Positions 27,094 to 42,720 of a DNA stretch of 64,000 nucleotides are shown piece by piece. The translations under genes and the position numbers were made by a program. Under the pieces are notes generated by a model. It did not search any database. It saw nothing but the letters and a program-made list of their open reading frames with translations, and was not told the origin of the DNA. This DNA is from Eledone cirrhosa. Taxonomy: Eukaryota. The DNA lies in assembly GCA_964016885.1 (NCBI GenBank), contig OZ024740.1:145638001-145702000 (forward strand). Direction: 5' to 3'. Position 1 is the stretch's first letter, and every line of letters starts with the position of its first letter.

Positions 27094-28175
27094 TCATCAT
27101 CATCATCACCGTTTTACGTCCGTTCTTCCCACGCTAGCATGGGTTAGACGGGTTGTCCTGTTGTGGGCAGTGTCTGGTCGGTCTGACCCATGCCTTGCTC
27201 ATACAGGAACTGATCTGGCTTGATTTCTACAGCTGGATGCCCTTCCTAACACCAACCTCATTTACAGTGAGTGCTGGGTGCTTTTTCGTGGCGCCTACAC
27301 GTCCACTTTACAGTGTGGGCTGGGGTGCTATTTTTGCCGTGGCGCCTACACGACCACCTTGCGGTGGGGGGGGGGGGGCATATTGTTTATATGCTTCAGC
27401 ATGTACCCATGGGAGGTCGGGTACCCTGTATTACTGCGTGACGCCAGAAGTCACGGTCGTGTGTCATTGACTTTGAGAGGTGTAGTTGGGTAAGGTCGGC
27501 CTTTTATCACCTCATCCCAAGTCATCTTGGGTCTCCCCCACTCCGCGGTTTTCCATCAACTTCTAGTGCTCTGCACCTTTTTATGCAGCTGTCATCCTTC
27601 ATACGCATCACATGTCCATACCAGCGTAACCGCCTCTCCTGCACGCAGCATTTGATTCCTCTTATGCTCAGTCTCTCTCTCAATTCCTTTATGCTTTGTC
27701 GTTCACGTATATTACTGTTACACATCCATCGGAGCATGCAGCTTCGTTTCTCTCTAATCTACGTAAGTCTTCCACCTTCAGCACCCAGGTCTCACTACCA
27801 TGCAACATCGCTGTTCGGATACACGCATCATACAGTCTGCCTTTCATTCTGAGGGAGAAGCCTTTTGCAGCTAGCAGTGGTAGTAGTTCCCCTAAACTTC
27901 TTCCATCCCGTTCTTACCCTAGTTATTGTACTTTCTGAGCACCCACCTCCGTTGCTAATTCGGTCACCTAGGTAGCAGAAGCTGTCTACTGTTTCTACAG
28001 GGCCCCTCCCAGAGATTGGTGAGGTACTTGTTTCCTGTGGCTGTTTGCTTGCTGTTTCAGCACAGCTGCTGCATGTGAATCCTACATTCTTAATTAAGCT
28101 TCCTGAGATCCCGCTACATCTCTTGTGTACCCATTGTTTGCATTTGGGGCAGAGAATGGAGTTCCTACCTACACC
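27094..28175 (-). mobile_element. RTE 3' fragment, near-identical to 42721-43795
   Basis: Same sequence apart from scattered single-base indels; TA flanks on both sides. Confidence 0.92.
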
Positions 28176-28188
28176 TATATATATATAT

Positions 28189-28219
<31 letters not shown>

Positions 28220-29107
28220 ATATAATATATATAATATATAATATAATATATAATATAATAAATATATATATATATATATATAATATAAATATAATATATA
28301 TATAATATATAATATATATATAATATATATATAATATAAATATAATATATATATATAATATATATATAATATATATATATAATATATATATATAATATAT
28401 ATATATAATATATATATATAAATATATTATATATAATATATATATAATAATATATATATATAATATATATATATAATATATATATATAATATATATATAT
28501 AATATATATATATAATATATATATATAATATATATATATAATATATATATATATATAATATATATATATAATATATATATATAATATATATATATAATAT
28601 ATATATATATATAATATATATATATAACATATATATATTATAATATATATATATAATATATATATATATACTATATATATATAATATAATATATAATATA
28701 TATATAATAATATATATATATAATATATATATAATATAATATATAATATATATATAATATATATATAATATATAATATATAATATAATATATAATATATA
28801 TATATAATTATATATATATTAATATATATATATAATATATAATAATATATATATAAATATATATATATAATATATAATATAATATATAATATATATATAA
28901 TATATATATAATATTAATATATATATATATATATAATATATATATAATATATATAATATATATAATATATTATATAATATATAATATATATATAATATAT
29001 AATATATATATAATATATATATATATAATATATATATAATATATAATATATATATATATATATAAATATATAATATATATATAATATTATATATATATAT
29101 AATATAT

Positions 29108-29138
<31 letters not shown>

Positions 29139-29173
29139 ATAATATATATATATATATATAATATATATATAAT

Positions 29174-29204
<31 letters not shown>

Positions 29205-29223
29205 TATATAATATATAATATAT

Positions 29224-29329
<106 letters not shown>

Positions 29330-29485
29330 ATATATATATATATTATATATATATATATATATATAATATATATATATATATATAATATATATATAATATA
29401 TATTATATAAATATATATATATTTAATATATATAATATATATATATATATATGTAATATATATATATATTATAATATATATATAT

Positions 29486-29943
29486 CCAAGACAATGTCAC
29501 TGTGACCGAGACCTTTGGCGGTACTCAGTAACAGAGAAGACCCGCCTTACCTAAATACATAGTAAAACCTACTACAGCCAGTAGGCATCTCTAACAAAAT
29601 ACACCCGTCCCACCACCACCACCCACACCACCCCCATTCTATGTAAAGTTATGTTGGTGCCGCGCCATCCAGGCCGAAACAAATGAGATCGTGTAGGTGT
29701 CACGACAAAAAACACACAGTCCATGCTGTAATGTGGCCGTATAGGCAACACGGTAAAAACCTCCCAGACCCACACTGTAAATGTGGTTGGTGTTAGGAAG
29801 GGCATCCAACTGTAGAAAACCTGCCAGACAGTCCCTATGCGAGCAAGACAATCACTCTTGCCTCAAGTGGGACTACACCCCGTCCAAACCCATGCAAGCG
29901 TGGAACACGGACGTTAAACGTTGATGATGATGATGATGATGAT
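29486..29943 (+). mobile_element. RTE 3' end (subfamily of 409-3346)
   Basis: Matches 2779-3346; (GAT)n tail. Confidence 0.9.
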
Positions 29944-30418
29944 ATAATATATATAATATATATATATATATAATATATATATATAATATATATATATAAT
30001 ATATATAATATATATAATATATATATATAATATATATAATATATAATATATATAATATATAATATATATATATATAATATATATAATATATATATAATAT
30101 ATATATAATATATATATAATATATATAATATATAATATATACTATAAATATATATAATATATATATATATAATATAATATATATATATAATATATAATAT
30201 AATTAAGTTAAAGTGTACATCTACATATGTATACGGAAGTATTAGTATGCATATAAATACACACATGTATACATATGTACATGTACTCAGCTTTTCACTA
30301 GACACTTTACAGTGAGTGTCAGCTAGTCTGTATGTAACCACACAGGCGGACCGGGTTTTAGAGTCATACGAGTTTTCAAGGAAACACATTTCCTCTATTC
30401 TCCAGAGGGCCAGACAGG

Positions 30419-30463
30419 AATATTGGACTAGTTTCGATGTTATTACATCTCATCAGCAATATT
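30419..30463 (-). ncRNA. Type I hammerhead ribozyme (left arm)
   Basis: Minus strand: aatattg CTGATGA gatgt aata acatc GAAA ctag TC caatatt. Confidence 0.9.
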
Positions 30464-30666
30464 TACCCATCTTCCGGCTTCTCTGGAGAATTGTAAAAGC
30501 ACATATCGTTATATGCTTTTTCTATGAAAATTAGTAGTGGGTAGACTAATTTGCAATAGAACGTGAGTCATTGTACGCACCGGTCTACCCACTACTAATT
30601 TTCATAGAAAAAGCATATAACGATATGTGCTTTTACAATTCTCACAGAGAAGCCGGAAGATGGGTA

Positions 30667-30712
30667 AATATTGCTGATGAGATGTAATAAACATCGAAAC
30701 TAGTCCAATATT
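30667..30712 (+). ncRNA. Type I hammerhead ribozyme (right arm)
   Basis: aatattg CTGATGA gatgt aataa acatc GAAA ctag TC caatatt; predicted cleavage after C30705. Confidence 0.9.
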
Positions 30713-31274
30713 CCTGTCTGGCCCTCTGGAGAATAGAGGAAATGTGTTTCCTTGAAAACTCGTATGACTCTAAAACCCGGTCCGCCTGTGTGGTTACATA
30801 CAGACTAGCTGACACTCACTGTAAAGTGTCTAGTGAAAAGCTGAGTACATGTACATATGTATACATGTGTGTATTTATATGCATACTAATACTTCCGTAT
30901 ACATATGTAGATGTACACTTTAACTTAATTGTTTAAGCGTCAGTCATACAAAAGTGAGTTAGAAGCGAAACGAAATTTAATTTCGTTTCGTTATTTGTTT
31001 TTATATATAATATATATATATATAATATAATATATATATAATATATATAATATATATATAATATATATAATATATATATAATATATATAATATATATATA
31101 ATATAATATATATATATAATATATATAATATATATATAATATATATTAATATATATATAATATATATAATATATATATAATATATATAATATATATATAA
31201 TATATATAATATATATATATATATATATAATATATATATATAATATATATAATATATATATATATATAATATAT

Positions 31275-31316
<42 letters not shown>

Positions 31317-32566
31317 TATATATATAATATATATAATATATATATATATAATATATAATATTTATAATATATATATATATATAATATATATTTATATATA
31401 TAATATAATATATATATAATATATATATAATATATATATATATATAATATATATATATATATATAATATATATATAATATATATAATATATATATATATA
31501 TAATATAATATATATATATATATATATATAATATATATATAATATATATAATATATATTTATATATAATATATATATAATATATATATATATATAATATA
31601 TATATAATATATATATAATATATATAATATATATATATATATAATACATATATAATATATATAATATATATATAATATATATAATATATATATATATATA
31701 ATATATATATATATATAATACATATATAATATATATAATATATATATAATATATATATATATATAATATATATATATATATAATATATATATAATATATA
31801 ATATATAATATAATAACATATATAATATATAATATATATATATATATATATTATATATATAATTATATATAATATATCATATATAATATATAATATATAT
31901 ATAATACATATATAATATATATAACTATATATATAATACATATATAATATATATAATATATATATAATACATATATAATATATATAATATATATATAATA
32001 CATATATAATATCTATAATATATATATAATACATATATAATATATATATATATATAATATATATAATATATAATATATATATAATCTAATATATATATAT
32101 ATATATATATTATAGATATATATATAATATATATATATTATATATATAATATATATAAATATATATAAATATATAATATATACTATATATATAAATATAT
32201 ATATAGAATATATATATATAATATAATATATATATAATATATATATATATATAAATATATATACTATATATAATATATATTATATATATATATATATATA
32301 AATATATATATATATAATATTTATATATATATATATAATATATATTATATATATATATTATATACTATATAATATTATATATATATATATATATATAATA
32401 ATATATATATAATATATATAATATATATATTATAATATATATATAATATAATATATATATATATTAATATAATATATATATATATAATATATATATATAA
32501 TATATATATATATAATATATATATATAATATATATATAATATAATATTAATATATATATATAATAT

Positions 32567-32598
<32 letters not shown>

Positions 32599-32702
32599 AT
32601 ATATATAATGTATATATATAATAATATATATATATATATATATAATATATATATATATAATATATATATAATATATATATTATAATATATATATTATATA
32701 TA

Positions 32703-32750
<48 letters not shown>

Positions 32751-32782
32751 TATATATAATATATATATATATATATAATATA

Positions 32783-32823
<41 letters not shown>

Positions 32824-33018
32824 TTATATATATATAATATAATATATATAATATATATATATATAATATATATATATATATACTATATATATATATATAT
32901 ATAATATATATATATATATAATATATATATAATAATATATATTATAATATATATATATATATATATAATATATATATATAATATATAATATATATATATA
33001 ATATATATATATATATAT

Positions 33019-33180
33019 AGGAACGATCGACTTTCGTCAAATCGGACCGAGGGAACAATGTTTCCGTTGGTCTTTCCAATTGCTAATACTATCTATCGGT
33101 CGCAACTCCAGGTAGAAGGAGCAACGTGAAATAAAGTGTCTTGCTCAAGGACATAACGCATCGCCTGGTCCAGGAATCGA
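33019..33180 (-). mobile_element. Short island ending in a CORE-like SINE fragment; duplicated at 38200-38363
   Basis: Minus strand tcgattcctggacc..gtccttgagcaagacactttatttcacgttgct matches the SINE at 51290-51355. Confidence 0.7.
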
Positions 33181-33280
33181 TATATATATAATATAATATA
33201 TATATATATATATAATATATATATATATAAATATAATATATATATATATATAATATATATATATATATAATAATATATAT

Positions 33281-33381
<101 letters not shown>

Positions 33382-33409
33382 ATTATATATATATATATAT
33401 ATTATATAT

Positions 33410-33459
<50 letters not shown>

Positions 33460-33465
33460 ATATAA

Positions 33466-33497
<32 letters not shown>

Positions 33498-33516
33498 GTA
33501 TATATAATATATATAT

Positions 33517-33548
<32 letters not shown>

Positions 33549-33796
33549 ATATATATATATATAAATATATATAATTATATATATATAATATATATATATA
33601 ATATATATAATATATATATATATATATATAAATATTATATATATATATATATATTATATATATATATATAATATATATATATATAATATATATATATATA
33701 TATAATATATATATATAATAATATATATATAATATATATATATAATATATATAATATATATATAATATATAATATATATAATATATATTATAATAT

Positions 33797-33889
<93 letters not shown>

Positions 33890-33920
33890 ATATATATATA
33901 TAATATAATATATATATAAT

Positions 33921-34304
33921 CTCTCAAAGTCAATGACACACGACCGTGACTTCTGGCGTCACGCAGTAATACAGGGTACCCGACCTCCCATGGGTACATG
34001 CTGAAGCATATAGACAATATGCCCCCCCCCCCCCCACTGCAAGGTGGCCGTGGAGGTGCCACGCAAAAAAGCACCCAGCCCACACTGTAAAGTGGACGTG
34101 TAGGCGCCACGAAAAAGCACCCAGCACTCACTGTAAATGAGGTTGGTGTTAGGAAGGGCATCCAGCTGTAGAAATCAAGCCAGATCAGTTCCTGTATGAG
34201 CAAGGCATGGTCAGCCGACCAGACACTGCCCACAACAGGACAACCCGTCTAACCCATGCTAGCGTGGAAGAACGGACGTAAAACGGTGATGATGATGATG
34301 ATGA
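33921..34304 (+). mobile_element. RTE 3' end (same subfamily as 42721-45750, opposite strand)
   Basis: Reverse complement of 42721-43102; (GAT)n tail. Confidence 0.9.
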
Positions 34305-34346
34305 TATAATATATATATATATAATATATATATATAATATAATATA

Positions 34347-34384
<38 letters not shown>

Positions 34385-34480
34385 TAATATATTATATATA
34401 TTATATATATTATTATATAATATATATATATATATAATATATATATATATATAATATATATATAATATATATATATATAT

Positions 34481-34513
<33 letters not shown>

Positions 34514-34514
34514 A

Positions 34515-34545
<31 letters not shown>

Positions 34546-34566
34546 ATATATATAATATATATATAT

Positions 34567-34597
<31 letters not shown>

Positions 34598-34695
34598 ATA
34601 TATATAATATATATATATAATATATATATATATTTTATATATATAATTATATATATATATGTAATATATATATATATATAAATATATATATATAT

Positions 34696-35152
34696 CCAAG
34701 ACAATGTCACTGGACCGAGACCTTTGGCGGTACTCAGTAACAGAGAAGACCCGCCTTACCTAAATACATAGTAAAACCTACTACAGCCAGTAGGCATCTC
34801 TAACAAAATACACCCCGTCCCACCACCACCACCCACACCACCCCCATTCTATGTAAAGTTATGTTGGTGCCGCGCCATCCAGGCCGAAACAAATGAGATC
34901 GTGTAGGTGTCACGACAAAAAACACACAGTCCATGCTGTAATGTGGCCGTATAGGCAACACGGTAAAAACCTCCCAGACCCACACTGTAAATGTGGTTGG
35001 TGTTAGAAGGGCATCCAACTGTAGAAAACCTGCCAGACAGTCCTATGCGAGCAAGACAATCACTCTTGCCTCAAGTGGGGACTACCCCCGTCCCAAACCC
35101 ATGCAAGCGTGGAACACGGACGTTAAACGTTGATGATGATGATGATGATGAT
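34696..35152 (+). mobile_element. RTE 3' end, duplicate of 29486-29943
   Basis: Near-identical, with the same truncation point. Confidence 0.9.
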
Positions 35153-35630
35153 ATAATATATATAATATATATATATATATAAATATATTATATATAATAT
35201 ATATATATAATATATATAATATATATAATATATATATATAATATATATAATATATATATAATATATATAATATATATATATATAATATATATAATATATA
35301 TAATATATATATTAATATATATATATATATAATATATATAATATATAATATATATATAATATATATAATATATATATAATATATATAATATATATATAAT
35401 ATATATAATATAATTAAGTTAAAGTGTACATCTACATATGTAATACGGAAGTATTAGTATGCATATAAATACACACATGTATACATATGTACATGTACTC
35501 AGCTTTTCACTAGACACTTTACAGTGAGTGTCAGCTAGTCTGTATGTAACCACACAGGCGGACCGGGTTTTAGAGTCATACGAGTTTTCAAGGAAACACA
35601 TTTCCTCTATTCTCCAGAGGGCCAGACAGG

Positions 35631-35675
35631 AATATTGGACTAGTTTCGATGTTATTACATCTCATCAGCAATATT
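35631..35675 (-). ncRNA. Type I hammerhead ribozyme
   Basis: Identical to 30419-30463. Confidence 0.9.
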
Positions 35676-35879
35676 TACCCATCTTCCCGGCTTCTCTGGA
35701 GAATTGTAAAAGCACATATCGTTATATGCTTTTTCTATGAAAATTAGTAGTGGGTAGACTAATTTGCATAGAACGTGAGTCATTGTACGCACCGGTCTAC
35801 ACCACTACTAATTTTCATAGAAAAAAGCATATAACGATATGTGCTTTTACAATTCTCCAGAGAAGCCGGAAGATGGGTA

Positions 35880-35924
35880 AATATTGCTGATGAGATGTAA
35901 TAACATCGAAACTAGTCCAATATT
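35880..35924 (+). ncRNA. Type I hammerhead ribozyme
   Basis: aatattg CTGATGA gatgt aata acatc GAAA ctag TC caatatt. Confidence 0.9.
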
Positions 35925-36244
35925 CCTGTCTGGCCCTCTGGAGAATAGAGGAAATGTGTTTCCTTGAAAAACTCGTATGACTCTAAAACCCGGTCCGCCT
36001 GTGTGGTTACATACAGACTAGCTGACACTCACTGTAAAGTGTCTAGTGAAAAGCTGAGTACATGTACATATGTATACATGTGTGTATTTATATGCATACT
36101 AATACTTCCGTATACATATGTAGATGTACACTTTAACTTAATTGTTTAAGCGTCAGTCATACAAAAGTGAGTTAGAAGCGAAACGAAATTTAATTTCGTT
36201 TCGTTATTTGTTTTTATATATATATATATATTATATATATATAT

Positions 36245-36276
<32 letters not shown>

Positions 36277-36415
36277 TATATAATAATATATAATATATAT
36301 AATATATATAATATATATAATATATATAATATATATATAATATATATAATATATATATATAATATATATATTATATATATATATATATATAATATATAAT
36401 ATATATATATATAAT

Positions 36416-36500
<85 letters not shown>

Positions 36501-36515
36501 TAATATATATATAAT

Positions 36516-36561
<46 letters not shown>

Positions 36562-36599
36562 ATATATATATATAATATAATAATATAATATATATATAT

Positions 36600-36636
<37 letters not shown>

Positions 36637-36691
36637 ATATAATATATATAATTATATATATATATAATAATATATAATATATATATATAAT

Positions 36692-36723
<32 letters not shown>

Positions 36724-36767
36724 ATATATATATATATATAATATATATATATATATAATATATATAT

Positions 36768-36804
<37 letters not shown>

Positions 36805-36898
36805 AATACATATATAATATATATAATATATATATATATATATAATATTATATATATATAATATATATATATATATATAATACATATATAATATATAT

Positions 36899-36931
<33 letters not shown>

Positions 36932-37276
36932 ATATATATAATATAATATAATATATATATAATATATATATATATATAATACATATATAATATATATATA
37001 TATATATAATATATATATATATATATAATATATATATATCATATATAATATATATATATATATAATATATAATACATATATAATATATATAATATATATA
37101 TAATACATATATAATATATATAATATATATATAATACATATATAATATATATAATATATATATAATACATATATAATATAATATATATATATAATAATAC
37201 ATATATAATATATATATATAGATAATATATATATATATATATATATATAGATATATATATATACATATATATATAT

Positions 37277-37330
<54 letters not shown>

Positions 37331-37425
37331 TAATATATATATATATATATAATATAATATATTATATATATATATATATAATATATATATATATATAATA
37401 TATATAATATATATATATATATAAT

Positions 37426-37458
<33 letters not shown>

Positions 37459-37504
37459 TATAATATATATATAATATAATATATATATAATATAATATAT
37501 ATAT

Positions 37505-37535
<31 letters not shown>

Positions 37536-37567
37536 ATATATAATATATATATATAATATATATATAT

Positions 37568-37635
<68 letters not shown>

Positions 37636-37731
37636 TATATAATATATATATATATAATATAATAATATATATATAAATATAATATATATAATATATATAT
37701 ATATAATATATATATAATATATATATATAAT

Positions 37732-37774
<43 letters not shown>

Positions 37775-37820
37775 ATATATAATATATAATATATATATAT
37801 AATATATATATATAATATAT

Positions 37821-37863
<43 letters not shown>

Positions 37864-37880
37864 ATATATATATATATATT

Positions 37881-37911
<31 letters not shown>

Positions 37912-37928
37912 TATATATAATATATTAT

Positions 37929-38028
<100 letters not shown>

Positions 38029-38056
38029 TATATATAATATATATATATATAATATA

Positions 38057-38115
<59 letters not shown>

Positions 38116-38122
38116 TATATAT

Positions 38123-38168
<46 letters not shown>

Positions 38169-38365
38169 ATATATATATATAATATATATATATATATATA
38201 GGAACGATCGACTTTCGTCAAATCGGACCGAGGGAACAATGTTTCCGTTGGTCTTTCCAATTGCTAATACTATCTATCGGTCGCAACTCCAGGTAGAAGG
38301 AGCAACGTGAAATAAAGTGTCTTGCTCAAGGACAATAACGCATCGCTCTGGTCCAGGAATCGATA

Positions 38366-38565
38366 NNNNNNNNNNNNNNNNNNNNNNNNNNNNNNNNNNN
38401 NNNNNNNNNNNNNNNNNNNNNNNNNNNNNNNNNNNNNNNNNNNNNNNNNNNNNNNNNNNNNNNNNNNNNNNNNNNNNNNNNNNNNNNNNNNNNNNNNNNN
38501 NNNNNNNNNNNNNNNNNNNNNNNNNNNNNNNNNNNNNNNNNNNNNNNNNNNNNNNNNNNNNNNNN
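38366..38565. other. Assembly gap (200 N)
   Basis: Run of n. Confidence 1.
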
Positions 38566-38601
38566 TATATATATATAATATATATATATATATAATTATA
38601 T

Positions 38602-38644
<43 letters not shown>

Positions 38645-38660
38645 TATATATAATATATAT

Positions 38661-38750
<90 letters not shown>

Positions 38751-38756
38751 ATATAT

Positions 38757-38843
<87 letters not shown>

Positions 38844-39045
38844 TATATATATATAATATATATATATAATATATATATATATATATAATATATATATAAT
38901 ATATAATATATATATATATATAATATATATATATATATAATATATATATAATATATATATATAATATATATATATATATATAATATATATATAATATATA
39001 ATATATATATATATATAATATATATATATATATAATATATATATA

Positions 39046-39088
<43 letters not shown>

Positions 39089-39094
39089 TATAAT

Positions 39095-39157
<63 letters not shown>

Positions 39158-39397
39158 TATATATATAATATATATATAATATATATATATAATATATATA
39201 TATATATATAATATATATATATATATAATATATATATATAATATATATATATATATAATATATATATATATATAATATATATATATATATAATATATATA
39301 TATATAATATATATATATATAATATATATATATAATATATATATATATAATATATATATATATAATATATATATATATAATATATATAATATAATAT

Positions 39398-39440
<43 letters not shown>

Positions 39441-39466
39441 TATAATATATATATATATAATATATA

Positions 39467-39649
<183 letters not shown>

Positions 39650-39689
39650 TATATATATATATATTATATATATATATATATTATATATA

Positions 39690-39739
<50 letters not shown>

Positions 39740-39813
39740 TATATATATATAATATATATATATATATATAATATATATATATATATAATATATATAATAT
39801 ATAATATATATAT

Positions 39814-39905
<92 letters not shown>

Positions 39906-40145
39906 ATATATAATATATATATATATATATATAATATATATATAATATATATATATATAAATATATAATATATATATAATATATATAATATATATATATA
40001 TATAATATATATAATATATATATATATATAATATATTATATATATATATAATATATAATATATATATATATATAATATATAATATATATATAATATATAT
40101 ATATATAATATATAATATATATATATATATAAATATATAATATAT

Positions 40146-40188
<43 letters not shown>

Positions 40189-40249
40189 TATATATATAAT
40201 ATATATATATATATAATATATATATAATATATATAATATATATATATAT

Positions 40250-40280
<31 letters not shown>

Positions 40281-40290
40281 ATATATATAT

Positions 40291-40351
<61 letters not shown>

Positions 40352-40420
40352 ATATATATATAATATATATATAATATATATATATAATATATATATAATA
40401 TATATATATAATATATATAT

Positions 40421-40478
<58 letters not shown>

Positions 40479-40617
40479 TATATATATAATATATATATAT
40501 ATATAATATATAATATATATATTATATATATTATATATATAATATATATATTATATATATAATATATATATTATATATATTATATATATTATATATATTA
40601 TATATATTATATATATA

Positions 40618-40669
<52 letters not shown>

Positions 40670-40900
40670 ATATTATATATATATATATTATATATATATA
40701 TTATATATATATATATATATTATATATATATATATATATTATATATATTATATATATAATATATATAATATATATATATATATATTATATATATTATATA
40801 TATAATATATATATTATATATATAATATATATAATATATATATTATATATATAATATATATTATATATATTATATATATTATATATATAATATATATAAT

Positions 40901-40934
<34 letters not shown>

Positions 40935-40937
40935 ATA

Positions 40938-40992
<55 letters not shown>

Positions 40993-41052
40993 ATATATTA
41001 TTATATATATATATATATTATATATATATATATATTATATATATATATATAT

Positions 41053-41150
<98 letters not shown>

Positions 41151-41157
41151 ATAATAT

Positions 41158-41199
<42 letters not shown>

Positions 41200-41695
41200 A
41201 TATATATAATATATAATATATATATAATATATAATATATATATATAATATATATATATATAATATATATATATATAATATATATAATATATATATATATA
41301 TATATTCATATGAGCCACAAGAAATAAAACATTCTTAAGGAATAACTTTCCACCAAAATTCTTGCAACACCTCCCCCAAAGCAGGAGAAATAAAAGAGAA
41401 CTAAAGCCATCATAATTTACAGTAAAGAGCCTGGTAAAGAAATTCTAGATGTAAAGCAAATAAAAAGGTCAGGACCAACTTCAAGATTAATACCACATTT
41501 CCTTAAAATGTCTACAACTGTAAAAGTATCACAGAAAAAATATATTAACAGCTATCTGGACTAAGAAAACTAAAAGAGATTATTCTGCCCTGTTGAAGTT
41601 TAGATCTGAACAACATGGAAACAATGATGATCAGAAAAAATAATGAAATCATAAATAACTGAACATATTTAGAAAACAAATTATTTACCATTATT

Positions 41696-41885
41696 GGCGG
41701 TGGATTGGCAGTATCGGTAGAGGGTCGGACGCCATGCTTTCCAGCATAGTTACGTCCCTTTACGATCTGAGTTCAAATCCCGCCGAGGTTGACTTTGCCT
41801 TTCATCCTTACGGGGTCGATAAAATAAAGTACCAGTAATGCACTGGGTAATTGCTGGCCTTGTGCCTAAAGTAGAAACAATTATT
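41696..41885 (+). mobile_element. Full-length tRNA-derived SINE (Deu/Nin-like)
   Basis: Box A-like tggcagtatcggt, box B gagttcaaatcc and the conserved domain; attattgg repeated at both ends (TSD-like). Confidence 0.85.
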
Positions 41886-42628
41886 GGAAGAGCTTCCTAC
41901 ATTTTACATATATAATTTGCTTAGTTGTGGTATATTATGCCCTTACCATGTTTGGTCTCAGACACATTGAAAAAGACATTGATGCTGCCCTTCCTCTGAC
42001 TTAGCCAAACTATATATCATCACCATTTAACATCCATTTTCCCTGCTAGCAAGGATATACACATACACACACCTGCATATTTATACATATATATTATCCT
42101 CATCATTTAACATCAATTCTCCCTTCTAGCATGGGTTGGAGAGGTCATCAAAGATGAAGTCAGTACTTAGAGCTACTGACCTCTCAGACGAGTTACAGTC
42201 CATATCTCACATATATGTTCCCGCACTCTCACTACCAAGTGTGCCTGATGAATGTTATCATAGCACCAGCACAAGAAAGGTTGTTGCACCTTTGACACAA
42301 CTAAAGAGTCTTCTTGCCCTGTTTGACATGCTTTCTACAGCTGGATGTCTTTCTTACACTCAATCACCTGCAGGAGGCATTTTTTGTGGCATCAGCACTA
42401 GAGAAGTTGCTGTGTCTTGACTAAAGGATTTTCCCATCCTTTTGGCTTGGTTTCTATGGCTGGAAACTAACACCAACCACTTTACAGAGTATACCAGCTG
42501 CGTTTTTTACATAGCACCAGCACTAGGGAAGTTACCAGTTCATTGACTGAAGTGCCTTCTCTACCCTCCGAGAGAGATAGGCAGTGTGTCACAGGAGGGT
42601 GTGAAAAAATGTCATGACTGTATAATAG

Positions 42629-42697
42629 ATGTGGTGAAGTTTGACGTGGTGAAATTTTACGTAGTGAAATTTGACGTGGTGAAATTTGACATGGTGA
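42629..42697. repeat. 15-16-bp tandem repeat (gtggtgaaatttgac), ~4.5 copies
   Basis: Direct reading. Confidence 0.85.
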
Positions 42698-42720
42698 TAA
42701 AAGGGGAAGGATAGGATATG

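Larger units (their letters stand above)
30201..31002 (+). mobile_element. Foldback element: ~346-bp inverted arms, 36-bp spacer and a ~70-bp unpaired tail (Penelope-like inverted pLTR/retrozyme)
   Basis: 30201-30546 is the reverse complement of 30583-30930; tail hairpin at 30966-30990; TA flanks. Confidence 0.88.
35412..36215 (+). mobile_element. Second copy of the HHR foldback element
   Basis: Arms 35412-35759 and ~35795-36143; same spacer and tail. Confidence 0.88.

Noticed and set aside
30316-30936. Mirror ORFs in the foldback arms (MCFLENSY.., MSASLYV..)
   Set aside because: Short, no motifs, and broken by indels between copies.
33019-33115. Possible minus-strand hammerhead (gacGAAAgtcgatc)
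   Set aside because: No CTGANGA core and no stem III pairing.
41696-41790. tRNA gene
   Set aside because: Box A/B present but no cloverleaf; continues into a SINE body.
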